Part shown: positions 9,713 through 18,238 of the stretch, in pieces | Layout of the letters: the number at the start of each line of letters is the position of its first letter | How positions within the stretch are numbered: the first letter of the stretch is position 1 | Virus record (IMG/VR): IMGVR_UViG_2711768048_000007 | Origin: a virus | Lineage: Duplodnaviria; Heunggongvirae; Uroviricota; Caudoviricetes | DNA length: 30,042 bases | Direction: 5' to 3' (one strand) | Position numbers and translations under genes: made by a program | The notes under the pieces: model-generated | The model's database searches: none | What the model was told of the DNA's origin: nothing | The model's input: only the letters and a program-made list of their open reading frames with translations

Positions 9713-10186
9713 TCATTGTGTCAATAACATGGACCGCCCCGCCTTCATGCGCGGTGCCACCCGGCTGATGGCCCAGCGGGCGTCACGCCACAAATCACCG
9801 CTTGCTTCCGCCAGTTCCTCGCCCCGCTTCACACCGGACGCCGTGGCGTCATAGTCCTGGTATCGTTCGTTGAGCATGGCGCGTGCCCAGCAGTAAACCG
9901 CGTTGAAATAGTGCTGAATGCGCTCACTTTTGCCGTCCAGCTGTTCCGCCGGAACTTCTGCCAGCGAGGCATACCCCAGCATCTGCTGGCGTCTGCGAAA
10001 CTCATACAGCTCTGCGTTGACCTCCGAAATTGCCGACAGCGCAACCTGCTTTAAACGCGGCTGCGTCACCGTGCCGTCAGTGCGCATCACGCTGCGAAAC
10101 TCCGACAGGTCCACATCAGGCCAGAACGGCGTATTCCTGATGATTTCCGCCTGTTCCGGTGCCTGTTCTGGCGCAACAAACTTCAT
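9713..10186 (-). CDS. L: head completion/stabilisation protein L
   Basis: NTPFWPDVDLSEFRSVMRTDG... has the gpL-like signature. Start set at the ATG with an AGGAGA Shine-Dalgarno (MKFVAPEQ...); the longest ORF begins with GTG at 10249. Confidence 0.75.
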   Translation of the reverse strand: MKFVAPEQAPEQAEIIRNTPFWPDVDLSEFRSVMRTDGTVTQPRLKQVALSAISEVNAELYEFRRRQQMLGYASLAEVPAEQLDGKSERIQHYFNAVYCWARAMLNERYQDYDATASGVKRGEELAEASGDLWRDARWAISRVAPRMKAGRSMLLTQ

Positions 10187-10281
10187 GCTGCTTTCTCCTG
10201 AAATAGAGGGCGGTGGACGGGGTTTTGATGTGGCAGTGCCTTTCGCCACCCCGTGCCGCCCGTGCGCGGGGGCACGTTCTG

Positions 10282-10932
10282 TCAGCGGCTGTCATTGCGC
10301 AGTCTGCGCTCCAGCTGCTGTTTGTCTTTTTTCACGCCACAGCGGGGATCGAGCTGTAACGCATGGTTGAGATGATTAAGGGCGGAAGCCGGGTTGTTTT
10401 CACTCAGGACAGCGCCAATCGCTTTATGCAGACGCGCCCGTGACTGGTCCGGCATATCCAGACCGTCTGTCAGCTCCAGCGTCTGCAGCAACAGATCGGC
10501 ATCAAAGCCGGTGGCGGCAAGCATTGCGCTCTGCGCCGCGTCTGCCATTTCCTCTGCCAGCACGGTCTGCACGTTGCGGTTACCCAGCGGCATCACCCAG
10601 CCATGACGCAGGGCATGACGCCCGATCTCCAGCGCCCCTGCATAATCTCCGGCATCAATGCGCCACAGCATCACGTACATCAGCACGTCATCCTGTTGAG
10701 CGCCTCCGGCAGCCAGAACGCCCTCCGCCCAGGCGGCATATTTCGGCAGCAGCTCCACCTTGATTTCCGCTTTTTTGACCGTGGACTGAACGCCCTTGAG
10801 ACGGCGGCGGTCTTCCGCCAGTTGCAGCAGCATCAGGTCATAGCCCGACGCGTGGCGAACACTGCCACCCTCGCGAGCGGCCTGTTCAGCCTGAACGCGC
10901 AGGCGATGCTGCCGTGCGGGACTCAGGCTCAT
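10282..10932 (-). CDS. M: terminase endonuclease (small) subunit M
   Basis: 216 aa, immediately downstream of the capsid gene, P2 gpM position. Confidence 0.8.
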   Translation of the reverse strand: MSLSPARQHRLRVQAEQAAREGGSVRHASGYDLMLLQLAEDRRRLKGVQSTVKKAEIKVELLPKYAAWAEGVLAAGGAQQDDVLMYVMLWRIDAGDYAGALEIGRHALRHGWVMPLGNRNVQTVLAEEMADAAQSAMLAATGFDADLLLQTLELTDGLDMPDQSRARLHKAIGAVLSENNPASALNHLNHALQLDPRCGVKKDKQQLERRLRNDSR

Positions 10933-10935
10933 GAA

Positions 10936-11994
10936 TTACGCTCCGGTTTCTGCTGCGGCGGCGCTGAAGTCACCAATCTGGATGTTTTCCACCAGTGCAG
11001 CGCAGCGATAGTCCTCAACCACATAGGCTTCGTTAACGGATTCAAAATTTTCAATCCGGTCACGTTTCGGGTTGTCGATAACTGAACGGCGGCGGGTATC
11101 TTCCTGCCAGTAGATGGACAGGTTATCCAGACGGGTGATCAGCAGCGCATTCGGCGGGAAGAACGGCGCACGCACCGCCTGCAGGCCACCCATGCGTTTC
11201 TGACTGATGATCATATCGGCAGCCAGTTTTTCACTGTTTTCCTGCTCTTTGTTGACCAGCGGGAAATACTTGTCAGACAGCAGTTCACGACCGCAAATCA
11301 CCACCAGATCGTCATCGTCCTGGTAGACCACATCGATAAGCTCATTGACGGCATCCATCACTACGGCGTCCAGGTTGGCATATTCGCCACCTTTCCCGAC
11401 TTTCACCGCGCCCGGTGTGGTTTCACCGCCCGTGGTGGTGCTGCCCATGACGTGATCCGGTGCATCCTCACGGATTTTCTGCAGCCAGCCTTTGTTCACA
11501 TCCTGCAGCAGCGGGTTTTCGCTACGGTTGGAGGTTTTCGCACGCTTCACGCCGTTAAAGCCGATCATGATGCGGTCCAGAGCCTGACGTTTCACGATGG
11601 CGTTACGGATACGCACCTGGAAATCCTGAAACTTCGCCCACAGGTCCAGCTTCGCGTAGGTCAGCACCGTGTCAAAGTTGGTCTGTTCGCATTTGTATTC
11701 CACATCGACCATCAGCGTCGGATCGACAGGTTCTCGCTCTTTCGCGGTGGTATCAGTGGTTCCGGCAATGGTGCTGCCAACACCCAGCCCCAGCAACTGA
11801 CCAGACTGCTCAGTCACTGGCGTGACGTTAATCAGCGTCAGGAAAGAGGCGGACTGCTGGATCTGGTCTTCCAGCGTCTGCTGCACGGACGGCTCTACGG
11901 TGAACTTGCTGGACAGTTCTTCAACTGCCACACCGTTCAGACGCGCCAGCTGCTGCAGGTAAGCGTTAAAAGCAAAGCGGGTATTCTTCTTCAT
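10936..11994 (-). CDS. N: major capsid protein N
   Basis: 352 aa, between the scaffold and terminase-small genes; size and position match P2 gpN. Confidence 0.9.
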   Translation of the reverse strand: MKKNTRFAFNAYLQQLARLNGVAVEELSSKFTVEPSVQQTLEDQIQQSASFLTLINVTPVTEQSGQLLGLGVGSTIAGTTDTTAKEREPVDPTLMVDVEYKCEQTNFDTVLTYAKLDLWAKFQDFQVRIRNAIVKRQALDRIMIGFNGVKRAKTSNRSENPLLQDVNKGWLQKIREDAPDHVMGSTTTGGETTPGAVKVGKGGEYANLDAVVMDAVNELIDVVYQDDDDLVVICGRELLSDKYFPLVNKEQENSEKLAADMIISQKRMGGLQAVRAPFFPPNALLITRLDNLSIYWQEDTRRRSVIDNPKRDRIENFESVNEAYVVEDYRCAALVENIQIGDFSAAAAETGA

Positions 11995-12010
11995 CGGGTT
12001 TTGTGCTCCA

Positions 12011-12844
12011 TCAGCAATTGGTCAGAGTGTCAGCGGGGGCGTTACCGCCTGTTGCACGCTGGCGGTAGTCCTGGCGGCTGTCTTCATGACTCAGCTTATT
12101 CACCAGTTCGTTAAAGGCGGTCTGCTGTGCCTGCAGGGCAGTCTCCAGCTCAGACAGACGTTCTTCCTGCTCAGACAGGGATTTTTCGGTGCGTGCGCTC
12201 AGGTTTTGCTGCTCAGTGGCGACCAGCTCCACGGCCTTATGCTCATCAGAGAACCGGGCATCGTCGGACTGCTCTTTTTTGGTAAACAGCGCCGTGACAC
12301 GGGCAAACAGGGACGGTTTGTCCTCCTGGATTTCTTCCAGTTCGATCACCGTTTCCTCTGCGGCGGTAAAGAGATTGGCGGGATTCTGCTTGCGGTTTGC
12401 CAGCGGGTTATGGGCTGCACTGGCGCTGAATGTCAGCATTTCCGTACCCAAACTGGCAGGGTCATCAGTGGCAGCCAGGCCGACCAGGTAGGCTTTGCCC
12501 GTATCAGCGAACTTCGGGCTGACTTCCATAGAGGTGAATAATTTCTGGCCTTTTTTCACCAGTTCCACCAGGGACTCCGTTGGCTCAACGTCGGCATACA
12601 GCGCCATCTTGCCTGCCAGCGGGCCTTCCGTGATTTCTTCAGCAAACAGCGCCGTCACCTTGCCGTAACGGTTAAAGGTGCTGTCCGGGAGATAAGACTT
12701 GATGTGCTCAAGGTTAATCAGCGCGGTATACACCGCCGGGTTGTAGCTGGCTGCCATCTGTTCCAGCCATTCACGCTGGATTTCGCGTCCGTCGGTGGTG
12801 GCACCTTCCACCCCGATGCGAAAACGCTTTGCTTTCACTGTCAT
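12011..12844 (-). CDS. O: capsid scaffolding protein O
   Basis: 277 aa, acidic and coiled-coil rich, first gene of the leftward late operon and divergent from P. Confidence 0.85.
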   Translation of the reverse strand: MTVKAKRFRIGVEGATTDGREIQREWLEQMAASYNPAVYTALINLEHIKSYLPDSTFNRYGKVTALFAEEITEGPLAGKMALYADVEPTESLVELVKKGQKLFTSMEVSPKFADTGKAYLVGLAATDDPASLGTEMLTFSASAAHNPLANRKQNPANLFTAAEETVIELEEIQEDKPSLFARVTALFTKKEQSDDARFSDEHKAVELVATEQQNLSARTEKSLSEQEERLSELETALQAQQTAFNELVNKLSHEDSRQDYRQRATGGNAPADTLTNC

Positions 12845-12986
12845 GAGCCGTGCTCCGTTAGAAATAACTTACTGGAGCCTTATGGTTGCGGTGATGGGGG
12901 CAGTGAAACAATGCGCGGTATTTGTACCGACAACCACACAAACCGCAGGCGGGGAAAGCCTTCATTCAAGGCTGTAGGTTTGTGCC
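12845..12986. promoter_or_regulatory. divergent late promoter region between O and P, with an Ogr-type TGT-N12-ACA site
   Basis: TGTaccgacaaccacACA at 12923..12940 fits the TGT-N12-ACA dyad of P2/P4 late promoters, centred about 87 bp upstream of the O start codon. Confidence 0.5.
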
Positions 12987-14753
12987 ATGAACACCACACT
13001 GACACCCGCAGATCTCGATCCCCGTCGGCAGGCCATGCTGCTGTACTTTCAGGGATACCGCGTAGCCCGCATTGCTGAAATGCTGGGCGAGAAAGTTGCA
13101 ACCGTTCACAGCTGGAAGAAACGCGACAAGTGGGGTGACTATGGGCCGCTGGATCAGATGCAGCTCACCACCGCCGCACGTTACTGCCAGCTCATTATGA
13201 AGGAGCACAAAGAAGGGAAAGATTTCAAAGAAATTGACCTGCTGGCGCGCCAGTCGGAGCGCCACGCGCGGATCGGCAAGTTTAACAATGGCGGCAACGA
13301 AGCCGACTTAAACCCTAACGTCGCCAACCGCAACAAAGGCCCGCGCCGTCAGCCGGAAAAGAATGTTTTCACCGATGAACAGATAGAGAAACTGGAAGAA
13401 ATCTTCCATTCCTCCATGTTCAACTACCAGCGCCACTGGTGGGAAGCCGGAAAAACCAACCGCATCCGCAACCTGCTGAAGTCACGCCAGATCGGCGCGA
13501 CCTTTTACTTTGCCCGTGAAGCCCTGATTGACGCCCTGCTTACCGGACGTAACCAGATTTTCCTTTCTGCCAGTAAGGCACAGGCTCACGTCTTTAAGCA
13601 GTACATCATCGACTTCGCCAAAGAAGTCGAGGTGGAGCTGAAAGGCGATCCGATGGTGCTTCCTAACGGGGCCACGCTTTACTTCCTCGGCACCAATGCC
13701 CGCACGGCGCAGAGTTACCACGGCAACCTGTATCTGGATGAATATTTCTGGATACCGAAATTCCAGGAGTTGCGCAAAGTGGCTTCCGGTATGGCTATTC
13801 ACAAGAAATGGCGACAAACCTATTTTTCCACGCCATCCAGCCTGACCCACAGTGCTTATCCGTTCTGGTCCGGTGCGCTGTTCAACCGTGGACGCAACAA
13901 AGCTGACAAGGTGGACATCGACCTGTCCCACAGCAATCTGGCCCCCGGCCTACTGTGCGCAGACGGGCAATACCGCCAGATAGTCACCGTGGAAGATGCG
14001 GTGCGCGGCGGCTGTAACCTGTTCGACCTCGACCAGCTGCGCATGGAGTACAGCCCGGACGAATACCAGAACCTGCTGATGTGCGAGTTCGTGGACGATC
14101 TCGCGTCCGTGTTCCCGCTCAGCGAACTGCAGGCGTGCATGGTGGACAGCTGGGAAGTCTGGACCGACTTTCATGCACTGGCCCTGCGCCCGTTTGGCTG
14201 GCGCGAAGTGTGGATCGGTTATGACCCGGCAAAAGGTACGCAGAACGGCGACAGTGCCGGATGCGTGGTGGTGGCTCCGCCAGCCGTGCCGGGCGGTAAG
14301 TTCCGCATTCTTGAGCGTCACCAGTGGCGCGGGATGGACTTCCGCGCCCAGGCTGACGCCATCAAAAAACTGACCGAACAGTATAACGTGACCTATATCG
14401 GTATCGACTCAACCGGCGTCGGTCACGGGGTTTACGAGAACGTGAAAGCGTTTTTTCCTGCCGTCAGGGAGTTTGTCTATAACCCCAACGTTAAAAACGC
14501 CCTGGTACTCAAGGCCTACGACATTATCAGCCACCGCCGTCTGGAGTTTGACGCCGGGCACACCGACATTGCGCAGTCATTTATGGCAATCCGTCGCGCT
14601 ACCACTGCCAGTGGCAACCGCCCGACCTATGAAGCCAGCCGCAGCGAAGAAGCCAGCCATGCCGATCTGGCCTGGGCAACAATGCACGCACTGTTTAACG
14701 AACCGCTGCAGGGCGAGTCCGCCAATACCAGCAATATTGTGGAGATTTTTTGA
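12987..14753 (+). CDS. P: terminase ATPase (large) subunit P
   Basis: 588 aa, divergent from O; its stop overlaps the Q start (TGATG). Matches P2 gpP in size and position. Confidence 0.9.
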   Translation: MNTTLTPADLDPRRQAMLLYFQGYRVARIAEMLGEKVATVHSWKKRDKWGDYGPLDQMQLTTAARYCQLIMKEHKEGKDFKEIDLLARQSERHARIGKFNNGGNEADLNPNVANRNKGPRRQPEKNVFTDEQIEKLEEIFHSSMFNYQRHWWEAGKTNRIRNLLKSRQIGATFYFAREALIDALLTGRNQIFLSASKAQAHVFKQYIIDFAKEVEVELKGDPMVLPNGATLYFLGTNARTAQSYHGNLYLDEYFWIPKFQELRKVASGMAIHKKWRQTYFSTPSSLTHSAYPFWSGALFNRGRNKADKVDIDLSHSNLAPGLLCADGQYRQIVTVEDAVRGGCNLFDLDQLRMEYSPDEYQNLLMCEFVDDLASVFPLSELQACMVDSWEVWTDFHALALRPFGWREVWIGYDPAKGTQNGDSAGCVVVAPPAVPGGKFRILERHQWRGMDFRAQADAIKKLTEQYNVTYIGIDSTGVGHGVYENVKAFFPAVREFVYNPNVKNALVLKAYDIISHRRLEFDAGHTDIAQSFMAIRRATTASGNRPTYEASRSEEASHADLAWATMHALFNEPLQGESANTSNIVEIF

Positions 14754-15787
14754 TGGGAAAGAGTAAGAAGAACCGCGCTGCGTCGACGAAACAGATCCAG
14801 CATAAAAGCCAGACTTCAGCCGAAGCATTCAGCTTCGGTGATCCCGTTCCTGTTCTGGACCGCCGCGAACTGCTGGACTATGTGGAATGCGTACAGATGG
14901 ATCGTTGGTACGAGCCGCCTGTGAGTTTCGACGGACTGGCGCGAACCTTCCGCGCCGCCGTGCATCACAGCTCACCGATTGCAGTGAAGTGCAACATTCT
15001 GACCAGCACCTACATCCCTCACCCGCTGCTCAGCCAGCAGGCTTTTTCGCGTTTTGTACAGGACTATCTGGTTTTTGGTAACGCCTACCTGGAGAAACGC
15101 ACGAACCGCTTCGGTGAAGTTATCGCCCTTGAGCCTGCACTGGCAAAATACACCCGACGCGGGTTAGACCTTGATACCTACTGGTTTGTGCAATACGGCA
15201 TGACTACGCAGCCGTATCAGTTCACGAAAGGCAACATTTTTCATCTGATGGAACCGGACATCAACCAGGAGATCTACGGCCTGCCTGGTTATCTTTCTGC
15301 CATTCCGTCAGCTCTGCTCAACGAGTCCGCCACGCTGTTCCGCCGCAAGTATTACATTAACGGCAGTCATGCAGGCTTCATCATGTACATGACCGATGCA
15401 GCGCAGAACCAGGAGGATGTGAACAACCTCCGCAATGCGATGAAAAGCGCCAAAGGTCCTGGTAACTTCCGTAACCTGTTTATGTACTCGCCTAACGGTA
15501 AAAAGGACGGGCTTCAGATTATCCCGTTGTCAGAAGTGGCGGCGAAGGATGAGTTCCTGAATATCAAGAACGTGAGCCGGGACGACATGATGGCGGCGCA
15601 TCGTGTGCCGCCACAAATGATGGGGATAATGCCTAATAATGTCGGGGGGTTTGGGGATGTGGAGAAGGCCAGTCGCGTATTTGTACGTAATGAATTAACG
15701 CCCTTGCAAAAAAGGCTACAAGAGCTGAACGACTGGCTGGGCGAAGAAGTGATTAAATTTACGCCCTATATTCTTTCAGAAGAATAA
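14753..15787 (+). CDS. Q: portal protein Q
   Basis: 344 aa from the ATG overlapping the P stop, the same length as P2 gpQ. Confidence 0.9.
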   Translation: MGKSKKNRAASTKQIQHKSQTSAEAFSFGDPVPVLDRRELLDYVECVQMDRWYEPPVSFDGLARTFRAAVHHSSPIAVKCNILTSTYIPHPLLSQQAFSRFVQDYLVFGNAYLEKRTNRFGEVIALEPALAKYTRRGLDLDTYWFVQYGMTTQPYQFTKGNIFHLMEPDINQEIYGLPGYLSAIPSALLNESATLFRRKYYINGSHAGFIMYMTDAAQNQEDVNNLRNAMKSAKGPGNFRNLFMYSPNGKKDGLQIIPLSEVAAKDEFLNIKNVSRDDMMAAHRVPPQMMGIMPNNVGGFGDVEKASRVFVRNELTPLQKRLQELNDWLGEEVIKFTPYILSEE

Positions 15788-15795
15788 TTCCGAAC

Positions 15796-16494
15796 TTATT
15801 TGTTTCTTCTTTGTTCACGCCTTGTCTTGGCTTCGATAAGGCGTTGAGGTTCAGTGTAAAGCCGTTCTAAAAAAAGATAGGTAAAATCTTCAAGATCCTC
15901 AGCAGCAGCTTTATCCAAAATACCTTCATGCGCTCCATCATTTCCGTCATCTTTAACGCATTCAGCTAGTTCCCTTAAAGCTTCAGGCAGTAGATGATTA
16001 TCAAATAACCACTCCATTCTTAACCCTAGGCTTCTCCTTATTTTTTGCGCAGGCCCTTGCTCCCCATCAGGAAGAAGTCCTTTTGTGGCATAATCAAGGC
16101 AAAGCCTAAACATGGTTGCTGCTGCATTATAACAACCTATAGCCAAACATTTCGCCCCTTCCTCATATGCACTATTGATATGCTCAGGTAAGAACTCTGG
16201 TGGCTCCTCTACTGCTAAGTCTGCCGGTGATATAGGCCTAACAACCTCTGCAACTTCCTTTAAGCCGAATATTCCACTTTCCCAATTATAGCCATCTAAA
16301 GTTTTATTTTTCGTTAAAGGTCTGCAAAGAAACATTGTCGTTTTATGACACTCTCGGCAAACACAATAGACCTCGTACTCGTATGTTTTACCCCCGCCCA
16401 ATGCATTGTAAACCCTAGTGCAATTCAGCCCATTAACATCAAACGCTATTTTTTGTGATCCACATCGTGGACAGTCATCCACTAACATAACCAT
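15796..16494 (-). CDS. hypothetical cargo protein: N-terminal zinc ribbon plus C-terminal helical domain
   Basis: 232 aa. Cys pattern CPRCG...C...CxCRECH; C-terminal motif KDDGNDGAHEG. Strong GGGAGGAG Shine-Dalgarno. Lower GC than the phage backbone. Lies between portal and cos, convergent with Q (8-bp gap). Confidence 0.65.
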   Translation of the reverse strand: MVMLVDDCPRCGSQKIAFDVNGLNCTRVYNALGGGKTYEYEVYCVCRECHKTTMFLCRPLTKNKTLDGYNWESGIFGLKEVAEVVRPISPADLAVEEPPEFLPEHINSAYEEGAKCLAIGCYNAAATMFRLCLDYATKGLLPDGEQGPAQKIRRSLGLRMEWLFDNHLLPEALRELAECVKDDGNDGAHEGILDKAAAEDLEDFTYLFLERLYTEPQRLIEAKTRREQRRNK

Positions 16495-16595
16495 GTCAAT
16501 TACTCCTCCCTATGAAAAAAATGAGTTGAAAAATTGAATATTCACGACTTAAAAAGCTAGCCTATTTAACACCATAATTTCATTAATTCAACCAT

Positions 16596-16630
16596 GAGCG
16601 CGCGCTCGTATCCCCGCCACGCCTGCCCGC
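16596..16630. other. cos-like cohesive-end site
   Basis: The minus strand reads GGCGTGGCGGGGATACGAG, matching the first 13 nt of the 186 cohesive end GGCGTGGCGGGGA... as I recall it. A perfect 12-bp palindrome GAGCGCGCGCTC adjoins it (16596..16607). Confidence 0.5.
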
Positions 16631-16665
16631 TTTATGTAGTGGTTTTCATGCGTCTGCATGACATA

Positions 16666-16692
16666 AGCAAAAGCCCGCCATTCCTAGCGGGC
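16666..16692 (-). terminator. rho-independent terminator downstream of the 203-aa gene
   Basis: Minus strand: GCCCGC-TAGGAATG-GCGGGC followed by TTTTG. Confidence 0.5.
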
Positions 16693-16783
16693 CTCAGCTA
16701 AAACGATCCTCAAACGATCATGCGGATTCATGCGGCATAGACATGCACAATCGCCAAAGCGGGCATCGAGACTTTTTGGAAAA

Positions 16784-17395
16784 CTACGTAACCACAGTTA
16801 ATGTGTGCATCCTGTCTCGAATTGCATCACACGTCTCATCAAAAAGCTTGGTGATGGTTGTACGATTCAACTCTGCCTCTTTCCAATAATTTTGCCAGTC
16901 AAATTCTGGATCGCCATGCTGAAACGATATTGACTCTGAAAAGCATTCCTTCCGGAAACGGTCCAAGATTATATAAACCTCTGGTGAGATGAACGGTTTG
17001 TTAGACTCAACACTTGTAACAAAAGTATTAAATGCATCGAAAAAAACTTTCAACCTTCTAAATTTTCTCTCTTCAAATGGTTCGTTGGGGTCAAAATGAT
17101 CCAGCGCAGGCCTCAGCTTAAGCACGCTTTCTCTGGTTTCAAACATCGAATTCCAAATGAGACTATATGCTGATAACTCCTTATCAAAATACGCTTTCGT
17201 TACATAAACAGAATTGTCTAACTTAGCCTTTATTCTTTCATTAGTTGCACTCAGTTGTGATTGAAATTCAGCAATATCTTTGTTTAGCCGCGACTTATAT
17301 CTTTCTAAATAAACTTTCCCGATCCAAACAAATATGCCAGATGCAACAAAAGACACCCCACCCAACGAAGCCAGAATTTTAAAGACTAAATCCAT
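16784..17395 (-). CDS. hypothetical cargo protein with an N-terminal transmembrane anchor
   Basis: 203 aa. Hydrophobic helix ILASLGGVSFVASGIFVWIG at the N-terminus, then a soluble domain. Own promoter-like elements (TTGATT, 15 bp, TATAAT at about 17425..17455), a Shine-Dalgarno, and a terminator. AT-rich. Confidence 0.65.
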   Translation of the reverse strand: MDLVFKILASLGGVSFVASGIFVWIGKVYLERYKSRLNKDIAEFQSQLSATNERIKAKLDNSVYVTKAYFDKELSAYSLIWNSMFETRESVLKLRPALDHFDPNEPFEERKFRRLKVFFDAFNTFVTSVESNKPFISPEVYIILDRFRKECFSESISFQHGDPEFDWQNYWKEAELNRTTITKLFDETCDAIRDRMHTLTVVT

Positions 17396-17443
17396 TGCGC
17401 CCCCACCTGCAAAAATAGTATTCCATTATAAGCTAATACATTT

Positions 17444-17704
17444 TTAATCAAACAGGGAATAATTCGCGTCAACCTCATCACTTCTCTGCTCTACCCTGGT
17501 GACTTCCATCAAAAACTCCAGGCCGTCATATAGCGAAACGGGGAATTCCAGCTCAAGCCAGAAGCAGTCTTCATAGGTGCGGCCCAACCAAAAACCTCCG
17601 CCACACTCCTTTGGGCGTTGAAAGAAGACCCAGCCGCCAGGGGTAAACCGTTCCAGCACCTGGCCCCGATAAATAATCTGGTGATTACTGTCTTTTTTAC
17701 CCAT
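17444..17704 (-). CDS. hypothetical protein, last gene of the SOS-controlled operon
   Basis: About 86 aa from the ATG with a GAGGCG Shine-Dalgarno (MGKKDSNHQ...); the longest ORF uses TTG at 17755. Confidence 0.45.
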   Translation of the reverse strand: MGKKDSNHQIIYRGQVLERFTPGGWVFFQRPKECGGGFWLGRTYEDCFWLELEFPVSLYDGLEFLMEVTRVEQRSDEVDANYSLFD

Positions 17705-17777
17705 GGCTAACGCCTCGCTACTCTCGTTGTTCAACCTTGCTGACGTCAGAATCAAGTTCTTACATCAGGAACGTTCC

Positions 17778-18011
17778 TTAGTGCAGCCAGCTGTCGTCTT
17801 CCCAAACCTGCTGCATAATTTCCATCACCCGCTTTTTGTCTTCATCAAGCTTTAAGCCACTCAGCTCAACGCCGTTTGCCGACCCTTTACGGATGCGGAT
17901 AGCTGTCTTGGGATAGATGGGTTGCAGGTTGCGGTAAAGCTCGGACTCCAGAGCGTCCAGGGTAGACTGGCTAATCTTCTGCTCTTTATCGATCATTATT
18001 TCAATGCGCAT
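17778..18011 (-). CDS. dinI: DinI-family protein
   Basis: MRIEIMIDKEQKISQSTLDALESELYRNLQPIYP...VWEDDSWLH resembles E. coli DinI (MRIEVTIAK...ALAGELSRRIQ...TWESADDW). GAGGTGA Shine-Dalgarno. Confidence 0.7.
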   Translation of the reverse strand: MRIEIMIDKEQKISQSTLDALESELYRNLQPIYPKTAIRIRKGSANGVELSGLKLDEDKKRVMEIMQQVWEDDSWLH

Positions 18012-18021
18012 AAAAGTCACC

Positions 18022-18210
18022 TCAGCTGATGACATCCATTGAGCGGTTGTATTCGTGGCTTCTGATTTTTGCCATGAGTTCATCAGTCAATTCAGAAACC
18101 CACTGCAGAGCCAGCCCCTTCTCTTCATCACTACACTCACTAGCCGCTACAAGCTTAAGAAAAAAATCAATGCGCTGGAGCTTCAAAGACTCCAAAAAAT
18201 AGTCCTGCAT
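18022..18210 (-). CDS. small hypothetical protein, first gene after the LexA-box promoter (possible Tum-like antirepressor)
   Basis: 62 aa from the ATG with an AGGAGG Shine-Dalgarno (MQDYFLESLK...). Its stop overlaps the dinI-like Shine-Dalgarno. Confidence 0.5.
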   Translation of the reverse strand: MQDYFLESLKLQRIDFFLKLVAASECSDEEKGLALQWVSELTDELMAKIRSHEYNRSMDVIS

Positions 18211-18238
18211 CTTTCCTCCTATGACACCACAAGCAATA

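Noticed and set aside
12704-13265. Small ORFs spanning the O/P intergenic region (12704..13078, 12880..13101, 12966..13265)
   Set aside because: They overlap the starts of O and P and the late promoter region; it is more parsimonious that this is a divergent promoter than coding.
9829-14828. Overlapping ORFs within M, N, O and P (for example 9918..10370, 10440..10763, 10603..11085, 11452..12114, 12086..12541, 13482..13931, 13950..14321, 14577..14828)
   Set aside because: Nested inside or antisense to the terminase and capsid genes, with no independent start signals; treated as frame artefacts.
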